In this document: piece after piece, positions 1-10,172 of the stretch | How positions within the stretch are numbered: the first letter of the stretch is position 1 | Layout of the letters: each line of letters begins with the position of its first letter | IMG/VR virus record: IMGVR_UViG_3300011338_000526 | Source of the DNA: a virus | Taxonomy: Duplodnaviria; Heunggongvirae; Uroviricota; Caudoviricetes | Length of the DNA: 64,000 nt | Direction: 5' to 3' (one strand) | The notes under the pieces: model-generated | Databases searched by the model: none | The model's input: only the letters and a program-made list of their open reading frames with translations | Told to the model about the DNA's origin: nothing | Made by a program: the position numbers and the translations under genes

Positions 1-338
1 GACGCTTTGCTGTGTTTGTAACCACCTTTATTGTGAAAATTACCGCTCATGTCTCGTTGATTCAAAAATTTTATATCATCCACCATATACATCTTATGTA
101 TGACTTTTGCTTCCCACAACTGAGTTTGTTCAGCCGTTTGGAAAGTTTTTCTTATTTTTACGACGTCGGGTTCGCCGTAAACTTTCCGGAAATTTTTGAC
201 TATTTTCGAAGATGTGAAATAGGTCGTCCAAAGCTGGGAAGGATGCGCGGTTTTAGTTTTTCCGTAGCTGCATCCGTAATACCATTTGTCGAGTTTGGTC
301 CATCCGATAAGATAGACGTAGGGAGTATAAATAGTCAT
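1..338 (-). CDS. GIY-YIG (Seg-like) homing endonuclease, truncated by window edge
   Basis: Manual translation MTIYTPYVYLIGWTKLDKWYYGCSYG...WTTYFTSSK...GEPDVVKIRKTF is open to position 1; AAGGA RBS; paralog of 34396..35043; not in the ORF track because no stop lies inside the window. Confidence 0.8.
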   Translation of the reverse strand, partial: MTIYTPYVYLIGWTKLDKWYYGCSYGKTKTAHPSQLWTTYFTSSKIVKNFRKVYGEPDVVKIRKTFQTAEQTQLWEAKVIHKMYMVDDIKFLNQRDMSGNFHNKGGYKHSKA

Positions 339-394
339 GCTGGATTTCCTTCTTGAATCTAGAGTAGGTGGGAGTGCAGTCCGCGACCTGCAAT

Positions 395-402
395 TATTTA
401 TA
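395..402 (-). promoter_or_regulatory. T4-type late promoter TATAAATA
   Basis: tatttata on + strand, upstream of the minus-strand endonuclease. Confidence 0.75.
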
Positions 403-417
403 TAAAGGCTACGCTTA

Positions 418-1251
418 ATGTTTTCAAAAACACCATTCTACTTCTCGACGATTCGGAAATACATCATCCTGTTCGGGACTTTGTTCAATAACATCTACAT
501 CTCAAGAGTCAACAGTCAAGGCACTACAACGTCGATTCAGAGGGTCCCGATTACATATGGACCCAAGGATAAGATGCTAATTCGCGTAGCTCAAGATCCG
601 GCTATCGACAGACCAACAGCCACTTATCCTTTGCCCATGATGTCGTTTGAGATGACCGGTTTTGATTATGATGGGTCCAGAAAGCTTCAGACAATCAATC
701 GTGTTGCAACTAACAACCCGGATGATAAGGCAAAGAACAAGTATCAGTACATGCCGGTGCCATACAACATCGGTTTTCAGCTGAACATCCTAGTGAAGAA
801 CGCAGAGGACGGCAACAAGATCGTTGAACAGATCCTTCCTTACTTCACTCCTGATTGGACTACAACCGTTCACCTGATCCCCGAGATGAACGTAACTATG
901 GATATCCCAGTCGTTCTGAACCGAGTCAATCTAGATGATGTGTACGAAGGAGACTTCAAGGAACGCAGATCGATGGTATGGACCCTCGACTTCACACTCA
1001 AGGGATATCTGTATGGACCAGTCAAGAGCTCGAAGATTATCAAGTTCGCCAACACAGAGTTCTTTGTCATTAAAGATCTGGCTTCTGCCAATTCAAGTGA
1101 TCCAGTTGCGTCTTTCGTCCAAATTCAACCTGGGCTAATGGCAAATGGTGCGCCAACATCAAATGCAACACTTTCAATTCCGGTGGCTGACATTGTAGCT
1201 ACTGACGATTTTGGTTACGTTACAACAATAACAGAGAATGATTATGGATGA
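418..1251 (+). CDS. gp15: Tail sheath stabilizer/completion protein
   Basis: FGTLFNNI, VPITYGPK, QIVEQILPYFTP-like and WTLDFT.KGYLYGP motifs; located before terminase. Confidence 0.92.
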   Translation: MFSKTPFYFSTIRKYIILFGTLFNNIYISRVNSQGTTTSIQRVPITYGPKDKMLIRVAQDPAIDRPTATYPLPMMSFEMTGFDYDGSRKLQTINRVATNNPDDKAKNKYQYMPVPYNIGFQLNILVKNAEDGNKIVEQILPYFTPDWTTTVHLIPEMNVTMDIPVVLNRVNLDDVYEGDFKERRSMVWTLDFTLKGYLYGPVKSSKIIKFANTEFFVIKDLASANSSDPVASFVQIQPGLMANGAPTSNATLSIPVADIVATDDFGYVTTITENDYG

Positions 1252-1678
1252 TGATGACGAAAGCCCAATTGACAGAGCGTTGAATTTGGGTCCGGTGGCT
1301 AAACAAGACTTCAGCAAAGCCATCTCTACAATTGTAAACACTGCTAAAGATGATTCGGCTTCAGAAGACTTTGTGTTTGCCAGAGCGAATATTCGCGAGG
1401 TAGTAGAGAATGGCAATGATGCAATAGCAAAACTTTCGGTGATTGCTGATCAGTCTCAGAATCCAAGAGCATTCGAAGTGCTAGCAAAGTTGATGGATTC
1501 AATGGTAGCTGCAAACAAGCAGCTGCTTGAACTTCAAAAAGAAATTAGAACAATTGAGAAGGCTGATGTCCCTCATGATGAGGATGCAAAGAAGAATGTA
1601 ACCAACAACTTGTTTGTTGGGTCTACATCTGAGCTTCAGAAAATGATAGAGAACATGAAGAAAAAAGATGAATTATAA
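1238..1678 (+). CDS. gp16: Terminase small subunit
   Basis: PRAFEVLAKL motif and C-terminal NNLFVGSTSELQKM. Confidence 0.9.
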   Translation: MIMDDDDESPIDRALNLGPVAKQDFSKAISTIVNTAKDDSASEDFVFARANIREVVENGNDAIAKLSVIADQSQNPRAFEVLAKLMDSMVAANKQLLELQKEIRTIEKADVPHDEDAKKNVTNNLFVGSTSELQKMIENMKKKDEL

Positions 1679-1681
1679 ATA
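1674..1681 (+). promoter_or_regulatory. Late promoter TATAAATA
   Basis: Exact motif overlapping the gp16 stop codon. Confidence 0.75.
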
Positions 1682-1741
1682 AAGGAGCTAGTCGCGGATT
1701 GCCGTCCCACTAGCACTAACGCTTTAGAGGAGCATCAGCAT

Positions 1742-2224
1742 ATGACTATTTATCTATACGTAAAGACGCACAACGAAACTGGTCTAAAGTACTTGGGTAA
1801 AACTACAAAGGACCCATTCAAGTACAACGGATCTGGCACCATATGGAAAAATCATATCAAAAAACACGGTAATTACGTTACCACCGAAGTCATTTTCGAA
1901 ACTTCGGATAAGAACGAGTTTAGAGATACAGCAATCAGATATTCTAAAGAATGGAATATTGTTGAAAGTCCGGAGTGGGCGAACTTGACTGTCGAAGAAG
2001 GTCAAGGAGGCGCAACTTATGGACATAAAGGTAAAAAACATACACAACAATATAAGCTTCATCGCTCCAAACAGCAAAAAACGTTGTGGACAGAAGACAG
2101 AAAAAAAGTTCATGGGGAAAAATTATCTGCTTCTTGGACCGAAGAACGCAAAGCTCTACATAAAGAAAAACTGAAACAAAAGTGGGAAAGCGGATCTTAT
2201 GACAACAGACACCTCAAAACTTAG
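1742..2224 (+). CDS. GIY-YIG homing endonuclease
   Basis: IYLYVKTH...LKYLGKT...Y.GSG; A-rich; overlaps the gp17 start. Confidence 0.8.
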   Translation: MTIYLYVKTHNETGLKYLGKTTKDPFKYNGSGTIWKNHIKKHGNYVTTEVIFETSDKNEFRDTAIRYSKEWNIVESPEWANLTVEEGQGGATYGHKGKKHTQQYKLHRSKQQKTLWTEDRKKVHGEKLSASWTEERKALHKEKLKQKWESGSYDNRHLKT

Positions 2225-3845
2225 AGGTTATAATGGTAATTCAAACCTAAAAAAAGTAAATTACCCAATCGATTGGACTCCCGAGTTAGTTCAGGAGTAC
2301 GTTAAATGCTCTGAGGATGTTGTCTACTTTGTTACGACTTACGTTAAGATCATCAACATCAATCATGGTCTTGTCAACTTTATTCCTTATCCGTACCAAG
2401 AGCAGATGCTCAAGACTATGGCTGGAGAAAGATACACGGTCATTGCAACCGCTCGTCAGGCTGGTAAGTCAACCACTACATGCGGATTCATCCTCTGGTA
2501 CATCATATTTCATGCCGACAAGACTGTAGCTCTACTGGCTAACAAGGGCGATACAGCAAGAGAAATCCTTGGGCGCATTCAGCTCGCCTATCAACATCTT
2601 CCTAAGTGGTTGCAGCAAGGTGTAAAAGAATGGAACAAGGGAAGCTTCGAGCTTGAGAACAACTCTCGTGTTATTGCAGCTGCTACTTCTTCTAATAACA
2701 TTCGCGGTTACTCTATCAACCTGCTGTTCATTGACGAGGCTGCGTTCATTGAGAATTGGGATGAGTTCTTCACATCAGTCTATCCTACAATCTCATCCGG
2801 TACAGAATCAAAGATCGTATTGGTTTCAACGCCAAACGGATTGAATCACTTCTATCAAATTTGGCAGAACGCAGCCGAAAAAAGGAACAACTACAAACCG
2901 ATCAAGGTGATGTGGCATGATGTTCCGGGCAGAGATGAAGCCTGGAGAAAAGACACTCTGTCTGCGATGAACTTCGATACAGAGAAGTTTGATCAGGAGT
3001 ATTGTGTAGAATTCCAAGGCAGCTCAGGTACACTGATCGCCGGATGGAAGCTCAAGGAGTTGGTTCATGCAACTCCTCTGGTTATGAAAGATGGTCTGTC
3101 GCAATTCAAGGTTCCCGCGAAGAACAACTCATATGTCTGCATCGTTGACGTGTCAAGAGGAAAAGGTCTGGACTACTCCGCGTTCAGCATTCTTGATGTA
3201 ACTAAGATGCCATATGAACAGGTGTGTTCTTATAGAAACAATTTGATCTCGCCAATCGACTACGCCGACATTATCTTCAGAGTCTGTAAATCATACAACA
3301 GCGCAGCCACTCTGGTCGAGATCAACGATATCGGAGAGCAAGTTGCGACGTCACTTCACTTTGACTTCGAGTATGACAATGTACTGTTCACGGAGTCAGC
3401 CGGTAGAAGCGGTAAGAGAATCACTTCCGGTTTCGGCGGGAACATCGACAAGGGCATCAGAACAACAAAGTCAGTCAAGTCGGTCGGTTGCTCTATCTTA
3501 AAGCTGATGATCGAGCAGAACCAGCTCATCCTAAACGATTTCAATACAATCAACGAACTTTCAACGTTCTCTAGAAAAGGTATATCGTTCGAAGCAGAAC
3601 CAGGTAAACACGATGACATGGTCATGGGCTTGGTGTTGTTCGCTTGGTTGTCAGATCAGATGTATTTCAAAGAGTACACAAACATAAATACGCTTGCGAA
3701 GCTTCGCGAAAAAACAGACGATGAAATTCTCCAGGATCTTACTCCTTTTGGTTTTTTTGATAACGGTATGACTCACGAAGAAATCATAGAAGCTCCTAGA
3801 TCTAGAGGTTGGATGAGTGAAGAGGTAGAAGATGGTTTCCTATAA
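2199..3845 (+). CDS. gp17: Terminase large subunit
   Basis: ARQAGKST Walker A, LLFIDEAAF Walker B, VSTPNG, HDDMVM nuclease motif. Confidence 0.97.
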   Translation: MTTDTSKLRGYNGNSNLKKVNYPIDWTPELVQEYVKCSEDVVYFVTTYVKIININHGLVNFIPYPYQEQMLKTMAGERYTVIATARQAGKSTTTCGFILWYIIFHADKTVALLANKGDTAREILGRIQLAYQHLPKWLQQGVKEWNKGSFELENNSRVIAAATSSNNIRGYSINLLFIDEAAFIENWDEFFTSVYPTISSGTESKIVLVSTPNGLNHFYQIWQNAAEKRNNYKPIKVMWHDVPGRDEAWRKDTLSAMNFDTEKFDQEYCVEFQGSSGTLIAGWKLKELVHATPLVMKDGLSQFKVPAKNNSYVCIVDVSRGKGLDYSAFSILDVTKMPYEQVCSYRNNLISPIDYADIIFRVCKSYNSAATLVEINDIGEQVATSLHFDFEYDNVLFTESAGRSGKRITSGFGGNIDKGIRTTKSVKSVGCSILKLMIEQNQLILNDFNTINELSTFSRKGISFEAEPGKHDDMVMGLVLFAWLSDQMYFKEYTNINTLAKLREKTDDEILQDLTPFGFFDNGMTHEEIIEAPRSRGWMSEEVEDGFL

Positions 3846-3848
3846 ATA
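3841..3848 (+). promoter_or_regulatory. Late promoter TATAAATA
   Basis: Exact motif upstream of gp18. Confidence 0.8.
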
Positions 3849-3888
3849 AACGAAAAGCTCGCCTATACATTCGAAAAAGGAGATAATA

Positions 3889-6201
3889 ATGGCATATCAA
3901 GTAAGTCCTGGCGTTAACGTTACTGAGATTGATCTAACTACGTCCGTTCCCGGCGTGGCTACTGCAACGGGTGCTGTTGCAGGTATTTTCAACTGGGGTC
4001 CGGTTGGAGAAAGAACTTTAATTCGCGACGAAAACGCTCTTGCTAGCACGTTCGGAAAGCCAACGACTAGCAATTACGAGACGTTCTTCACAGCTGCTAA
4101 CTTCCTAAGCTACGGTTCATCGTTGTATGTTGTTCGTGCTGCTAACACGACTACAGCCGATGCAGCGAACAGTGCTCTTAACGCTGTCGCGAACACAGGA
4201 GCCGTGGTGATTCTAAACGAAGTTGTGAGAAATAGAAACGATTACCTCAACAAAGATGGCACGTTTGATACGGACGGTCTATACATTGCAAAGTATCCTG
4301 GCGCTCTAGGTAACTCGCTCAAAATTTCAGTTTGTGATAGCGTCAACGCTTTCAGTTCAAAAATCGCTTTGAACGGCGCGACTACCGCGAACGGTATCGT
4401 GGGCACGTTTCAGATTCCGATCGGTTCTAATACTGGAACATTCACTTTCTACTCGAGCGGCGTTGTTGGCGCAGCTAACACATTCGCGACGACCGTGGCT
4501 GCTAGATTCGCTGTCGGCGATTTATTGCAAGTCGGTAATTCTTCTATCGGGACTCAAAATCTAAAAATTACGAGCGTTGGAGTTCCGGCTGTTAACGGTT
4601 CTGTTTCGTCTGGATTTACGGTCGGTTTTGATTCGAAGTATAGACTAGCAGCTGATTACGTTGCTAACACAACAGTGAACGCAGCGCCCCCAACTGCGAC
4701 TTTCACCGGAGCGATTACTCTTGCCAACCTTACAATTTCTTCGGCGGTGACGGGTTCCTTTACCGTCGGACAAGTTCTAACAGGTGCAGGCGTTCCTGCA
4801 AATACGGTGATTCTCGGTAACACCTCGCCGACAGTATGGCAGCTTTCTACCTCTATCGCGACCCCTTTGACCGCGACAAATATGTTTGTTTCTTCAACAG
4901 AAGCTTCTAGAAGCTGGGAATACTCTGACTTAGTTGACACTGCCCCAGCGACTTCTTATTACGTAGCAAATTTTGGTAATACAGCAGCCGTCGACACTAT
5001 GCACGTTGTTGTTTCTGATCAGGACGGCAAATTTACTGGAGTTCCCGGTTCTGTGTTGGAAGTGTTTTCTAACGTTTCTCGCGCTACGGATGCAAAGACT
5101 CAAGAAGGCGGTTCTCTGTACTACAAGAACGTAATCAACGACGGTTCTGCATACGTTTGGTTCGCAAACGACCGTGCCGGAGCAGTTTCTAACACAGCGG
5201 CTAACATCGCTAGCTCGTCGAACATAGCGGCTCTCTCGCTGAGTTTCGCCGGTGGAACGGATGGGTTCACTGAATCGACAGCTCCTTTGAATACCCTCGC
5301 TGCAGCTTACGATCTCTTTAAGTCGTCGGAAGAAGTTGATATCTCGCTGATCATGCAAGGTAAGCCCAGAGGCGGCTCAACCGTAGTCGGCGGTCAGTCA
5401 GTGTCCAACTTCCAGCTGGCTAATTACATCATCGACAACATTACCGAATCGCGTAAAGACTGCGTGGCGTTTATCTCTCCGGATGACGCTCTGATTAAGG
5501 CAACTCCTGGAACCGAGTCGACTTCGATCGTCAACTGGTTCGGCGCTGTAAACGATTCTACGTATGCTGTATTCGACTCCGGTTACAAGTACATGTATGA
5601 TCGCTACAACGACGTTTACCGCTATGTTCCGCTGAACGGTGATATTGCCGGTCTGACGGCTAGAACAGAGTTCACGAATGATGCTTGGTGGTCCCCAGCC
5701 GGTTTCAATCGCGGTCAGATCAAGAACCTCATCAAGCTTCGTTACAATCCAACCAAGCCCGATAGAGATTTGCTCTACAAGAACGCAATCAACCCAGTTG
5801 TAACGTTCCCGGGTCAGGGCACCGTCCTGTTCGGCGACAAGACTGGAACAAAGAAGCCTTCTGCTTTCGATAGAATCAACGTGCGTCGCCTGTTCATCAC
5901 TCTTGAAAGAGCGATTGCGCAAGCTTCAAGATTCTCTCTGTTCGAGTTCAACGACGAGTTCACGAGATCACAGTTCAAGAATCTGGTTGTCCCTTATCTT
6001 CGTGACGTTCAGGCGCGTCGTGGCGTTCAGGACTTCTTGGTGGTTTGCGATGCAACAAACAACACGGCTGAAAGAATTGATCGTAACGAGTTCTGGGGTG
6101 ATATCTACATCAAGCCAAATCGTTCAATCAACTTCATCCAGTTGAACTTCGTTGCTGTTAGAACTGGCGTTCAGTTCTCGACCGTCATCGGTCAGTTCTA
6201 A
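3889..6201 (+). CDS. gp18: Tail sheath protein
   Basis: SPGVNVTEIDLT start, YPGALGN, WWSPAGFNRG, FDRINVRRLF, INFIQLNFVA. Confidence 0.97.
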   Translation: MAYQVSPGVNVTEIDLTTSVPGVATATGAVAGIFNWGPVGERTLIRDENALASTFGKPTTSNYETFFTAANFLSYGSSLYVVRAANTTTADAANSALNAVANTGAVVILNEVVRNRNDYLNKDGTFDTDGLYIAKYPGALGNSLKISVCDSVNAFSSKIALNGATTANGIVGTFQIPIGSNTGTFTFYSSGVVGAANTFATTVAARFAVGDLLQVGNSSIGTQNLKITSVGVPAVNGSVSSGFTVGFDSKYRLAADYVANTTVNAAPPTATFTGAITLANLTISSAVTGSFTVGQVLTGAGVPANTVILGNTSPTVWQLSTSIATPLTATNMFVSSTEASRSWEYSDLVDTAPATSYYVANFGNTAAVDTMHVVVSDQDGKFTGVPGSVLEVFSNVSRATDAKTQEGGSLYYKNVINDGSAYVWFANDRAGAVSNTAANIASSSNIAALSLSFAGGTDGFTESTAPLNTLAAAYDLFKSSEEVDISLIMQGKPRGGSTVVGGQSVSNFQLANYIIDNITESRKDCVAFISPDDALIKATPGTESTSIVNWFGAVNDSTYAVFDSGYKYMYDRYNDVYRYVPLNGDIAGLTARTEFTNDAWWSPAGFNRGQIKNLIKLRYNPTKPDRDLLYKNAINPVVTFPGQGTVLFGDKTGTKKPSAFDRINVRRLFITLERAIAQASRFSLFEFNDEFTRSQFKNLVVPYLRDVQARRGVQDFLVVCDATNNTAERIDRNEFWGDIYIKPNRSINFIQLNFVAVRTGVQFSTVIGQF

Positions 6202-6229
6202 TAAATAGAGATAGATAGGAGTAACGAAG

Positions 6230-6790
6230 ATGCCTTTTAATATCAATGAATTCAGAAGTAATGGTCTAACGAAGGGCGGCGCTAGACCGTCGCTCTTCCG
6301 CGTTATCATGACAACGCCATTCGGTTCGGAAAGCGGTGCGCTGGAGAAGTTCACATTCACTTGCAGAGCTTCTGAAATTCCAGCTGCAACTATTTCTTCA
6401 ATAGACGTGCCTTATTTCGGAAGAAAGATTAAGTTGGCTGGCGATCGCGAATTCGCTGATTGGTCGGTTACGGTCATGAACGACGAAGATTATCTGGTCA
6501 GAAACATGTTTGAGGACTGGTCAAATCAGATGAATCAGCTTGTCGGTAATAGAAAGCTGCTCGCCGCTAACAGCTACAAGGATACAGACGCCGTAGTTGA
6601 ACAGTATGGTAAGGACGGCGAAACTATTAGAGCTTACAATTTCGTGGGTCTCTTCCCTGTAAACGTTGGCGCTATGGGCGTTGATTGGGACTCGACTAAC
6701 ACCATTCAAACGTTCGACGTAACCTTTGCTTACGATTATTGGCTACCAATTCAATATAATGGAATTTCGGCGATCGACGCTGGCGAGTAA
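6230..6790 (+). CDS. gp19: Tail tube protein
   Basis: GGARPSLF, GRKIKLAGDREFADWSVTVMNDED, FDVTFAYDYW. Confidence 0.96.
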   Translation: MPFNINEFRSNGLTKGGARPSLFRVIMTTPFGSESGALEKFTFTCRASEIPAATISSIDVPYFGRKIKLAGDREFADWSVTVMNDEDYLVRNMFEDWSNQMNQLVGNRKLLAANSYKDTDAVVEQYGKDGETIRAYNFVGLFPVNVGAMGVDWDSTNTIQTFDVTFAYDYWLPIQYNGISAIDAGE

Positions 6791-6824
6791 AGACTATTTT
6801 TCGCCAGCTGATACATAATGACGG

Positions 6825-6845
6825 GGGGAGGAATGTTTCCTCCCC
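6825..6845 (+). terminator. GC-rich hairpin between gp19 and gp20
   Basis: GGGGAGGAA-TGT-TTCCTCCCC; no U-tract. Confidence 0.4.
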
Positions 6846-6870
6846 ATCAAGAATGAGCAAAGTAAAATAA

Positions 6871-8583
6871 ATGAAGCTGTTCGGATTTGAATTCCAACGC
6901 AAAGTGCCAGTAGACACTACTCCGTCGTTTGCCCCAAAAGAGGCAGATGACGGGGCAGTAGTCGTTGCTGCTGGCGGCGCGTATGGAACGTATGTCGATC
7001 TAGATGGGACGGTTCGAACAGAGGCTGAGTTAGTAACAAAGTACAGAGAGATGTCGCTACAGCCGGAGATTGACTCCGCTGTCGATGAAATTATCAACGA
7101 ATCAATCGCAATTGATGAAGAAGACATTGTCAACATCATCCTTGATAACCTCACGGTATCTGACAAGATCAAGAAGGCAATCCGTGAAGAGTTTGTTAAT
7201 GTTCTAAACATCCTCAACTTCCAATCAAGAGCATATGAGATTTACCGTCGTTGGTATATTGATGGTAGACTCTACTATCATGTTATCATCGATGAGAAAG
7301 ATGTGAAGGCTGGTATCAAAGAGATTCGATACGTAGACCCAAGAAAGATCCGCAAGGTTCGCGAAGTAGCCAAGAGAAGAGTTCCTGGCGGCGAAGGCGG
7401 AGAAGCTATTGTTCCGAAGGTTCAGAATGAATACTTCATCTTCAATGACAAAGGTTTCAACTACGGCAACAAGGTAGTCGGGACGACAACTTCCGGTATG
7501 AAGATTGCCAAGGACTCTGTTGTGTATATCACTTCAGGGTTGACTGATACGCAAGGCACAATGGTCCTTTCGTATCTACACAAATCAATTAAGGCTATCA
7601 ACCAGCTGCGCACGCTTGAAGACGCTCTTGTAATCTATCGTCTCGCCCGCGCTCCCGAAAGAAGAATCTGGTACATCGACGTTGGTAACTTGCCTAAGAT
7701 GAAGGCTGAGCAATATGTTCGCGACATCATGGTCAAGCATAAGAATCGACTGATATACAACGGTGATACAGGCGAGGTCAGAGATGACCGCAAGTTCATG
7801 ACGATGCTTGAGGATTACTGGCTGCCGAGACGTGAGGGCGGTCGCGGTACTGAAGTCACCACACTTCCTGGCGGTCAGACACTTGGTCAAATGGATGACG
7901 TTCTATATTTTCAAAAGAAGCTATACCAGACGCTCAATGTCCCAGTCAACAGATTGAATTCGGATGCATTGTTCTCGCTTGGACGTGCTACAGAAGTTAC
8001 AAGAGACGAATTGAAGTTTTCAAAGTTCATTTCGAGACTTCGCGGTCGCTTCAGCGTGTTGTTTACTAATCTACTTGAAAAGCAGCTTGTACTTAAGGGC
8101 ATTATGTCAATCGAAGATTGGCAAAACATTGCTTCCGATATCAAGTATGACTTCGCCAAGGACAACTATTTCACTGAGCTGAAGAACGCCGAAGTGATGC
8201 AGAACCGCGCGCAGCTTATGATGACAGTTGAGCAGGGCGGGTTGCTTGGTAAGTATTACTCGCATGAATGGGCTCGCAAGAATATCCTGCAGCAGTCCGA
8301 TGACATGATCGAAGAACAAGACAAACTGATTGAAGGCGAGCAGGATGATCCTAGATGGAATCCTCCTCCAATGGACGAGAACGGAAATCCTTTACCGCAA
8401 GATGATGATGGCGCTCCTCAAGGAGATGACGCGGGAGCAGCACCCGAGGACGATCAAGATAAGAAAATCAGAGAAGCTGAAGCTACAGTAAAGCTCATGA
8501 AAGAAAAGGGCGCGGAGAATCGCTCTATGCAGGATGAAGCTAAATATAGATCAGCTATCCAAATCCTATCCAGAAACAAATAA
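6871..8583 (+). CDS. gp20: Portal vertex protein
   Basis: WYIDGRLYYH, IYRLARAPERRIWYIDVGN, EDYWLPRREGGRGTEVTTLPGG. Confidence 0.97.
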   Translation: MKLFGFEFQRKVPVDTTPSFAPKEADDGAVVVAAGGAYGTYVDLDGTVRTEAELVTKYREMSLQPEIDSAVDEIINESIAIDEEDIVNIILDNLTVSDKIKKAIREEFVNVLNILNFQSRAYEIYRRWYIDGRLYYHVIIDEKDVKAGIKEIRYVDPRKIRKVREVAKRRVPGGEGGEAIVPKVQNEYFIFNDKGFNYGNKVVGTTTSGMKIAKDSVVYITSGLTDTQGTMVLSYLHKSIKAINQLRTLEDALVIYRLARAPERRIWYIDVGNLPKMKAEQYVRDIMVKHKNRLIYNGDTGEVRDDRKFMTMLEDYWLPRREGGRGTEVTTLPGGQTLGQMDDVLYFQKKLYQTLNVPVNRLNSDALFSLGRATEVTRDELKFSKFISRLRGRFSVLFTNLLEKQLVLKGIMSIEDWQNIASDIKYDFAKDNYFTELKNAEVMQNRAQLMMTVEQGGLLGKYYSHEWARKNILQQSDDMIEEQDKLIEGEQDDPRWNPPPMDENGNPLPQDDDGAPQGDDAGAAPEDDQDKKIREAEATVKLMKEKGAENRSMQDEAKYRSAIQILSRNK

Positions 8584-8596
8584 GGGACTGTAGAAC

Positions 8597-8815
8597 ATGA
8601 CGGAAATCGAAGCGAGAGTAGCTGATCTTATCAACTTTAGCTCTAATCAAAAGCCTATTGATTTCGAGGATGCTTTTAAATCAATCCTTCAAAATAAGGT
8701 TGGCTCTGCTATAGAGAATAAGAAGGTTGAAGTTGCTCAGAGAATGTTCGCCGCATGGGATCCGTCTGATGATGTAGAGTCCGAAGAATACGAAGAGGAA
8801 CAAGACGATGCCTAA
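8597..8815 (+). CDS. Prohead core protein (gp67-like, acidic)
   Basis: Position after gp20, small size, acidic C-terminus. Confidence 0.55.
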   Translation: MTEIEARVADLINFSSNQKPIDFEDAFKSILQNKVGSAIENKKVEVAQRMFAAWDPSDDVESEEYEEEQDDA

Positions 8816-10172
8816 ATCACTCAAAGATATTCTAGCAGGAGTCAAATCATCAAAGATTGTTCCCGGTTCTACGGGTTCAGATCCTGGTGTCGACTACGCG
8901 CCAAAGGCTGGCGATGAACAAGAGTTCGTGAAGAAGCACAAGAGAGAAAAACATGAAGATCGCGTCGGTAACGGCGACGACATCTATCAGGCTACGAATG
9001 TAAAGCATTCACAGGCTAGCGAGCCAGCTCATGGTCACAAGAGCCCAAAGGACAAATCTGTTTATGAAGCTAAAAAGGTTGGGGATGTAGTGGACGTCTC
9101 TTCAAGCAAAAACAATCCGGATTACAAGAGCAAGGCTACTGTAAAATTTGTCGGTAAAGGTTACTCGATAGCCAAAGATAAAGGCGGTAAGCAATACACG
9201 ATCAAGCATGAAGAAACCAAATGCAACATGACCGAGGAAGGTACAGCCTGCCCTGTTCATGAAATGGCTGATTGCTCAAAGTCCAAGAAGACTCTCAAAG
9301 AGATTACTGCGCGACTAGATGAAGTGAATCATCGTGCATATGCTGTTCAAGGCAAGATGCATCCTGACATGGCTAAAGATATGGATGTGGGTATGCATAC
9401 CGACTTCTATCATAATGGTACAGGTGATAAAGCTTATGGCATGGTAACGAAGAATGACGGTAAAACAATTCATATAAGATCGAAGGCTAGAACAGGAACT
9501 CTAGGGAAGACTCATAAGTATTCTGTTTCGGCTAATCTGTCCGAAGAAACTCTTGATGAAGCTAAAAATTCTGAAGCTAAAGTTCGAGAGGCTCTAAAAA
9601 ATCTTTCCAGGGAACATGAACAAAAGCACCCAAACGATTTCTTTAATGCCTACCATTCTGCAGAAAAGATTGGTGAAAAGGCTGGTGTAAGCCCAGCCAT
9701 TGTTCATAAGCATATGAAAGCTTCTCGTGGTCTCATTGGCTTTTATCATAAAAACTTACCAAACGGCAAAGTTGGCTACAGACATATCAAGGAAGAAACT
9801 CTTGATGAATTGAATACAAAAACACTCTTATCATACAAAAGAAAAGCAGAAAATAATGTAAGAAAAAGAGAAAATGATGCCGATGAATCAGCCGAGATGG
9901 CAAAGACACAGCTTCGTGCTCTTGCTAACAAGGCAATCCAGCTCGCAATGCAATTGAATGATGATCAAGTAGTTGAACCATGGGTTCAGTCAAAGATTGC
10001 AGTTGCCAAGGATCATGTTTCAGCCGTGCATGATTACATGGTCTATGGTAATAATAAGGAAGTCAAGAAAGAGGGGGGTGCACCTTATGATGGTGGAATT
10101 GATATGACTGGCGCTCCTAGAAATACACTCCCAGGCTTTTCAGCTGATGTAAATACAGGAAGAAGCGTATGA
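8808..10172 (+). CDS. Putative prohead core/internal head protein, modular
   Basis: Between gp67-like and gp21; Lys/His-rich segments separated by LDE/EE motifs; C-terminal EPWVQSKIAVAKD segment. Confidence 0.5.
   Translation: MPKSLKDILAGVKSSKIVPGSTGSDPGVDYAPKAGDEQEFVKKHKREKHEDRVGNGDDIYQATNVKHSQASEPAHGHKSPKDKSVYEAKKVGDVVDVSSSKNNPDYKSKATVKFVGKGYSIAKDKGGKQYTIKHEETKCNMTEEGTACPVHEMADCSKSKKTLKEITARLDEVNHRAYAVQGKMHPDMAKDMDVGMHTDFYHNGTGDKAYGMVTKNDGKTIHIRSKARTGTLGKTHKYSVSANLSEETLDEAKNSEAKVREALKNLSREHEQKHPNDFFNAYHSAEKIGEKAGVSPAIVHKHMKASRGLIGFYHKNLPNGKVGYRHIKEETLDELNTKTLLSYKRKAENNVRKRENDADESAEMAKTQLRALANKAIQLAMQLNDDQVVEPWVQSKIAVAKDHVSAVHDYMVYGNNKEVKKEGGAPYDGGIDMTGAPRNTLPGFSADVNTGRSV

Noticed and set aside
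12-356. 114-aa plus-strand ORF
   Set aside because: Antisense shadow of the minus-strand GIY-YIG gene, which has the RBS, promoter and motifs.
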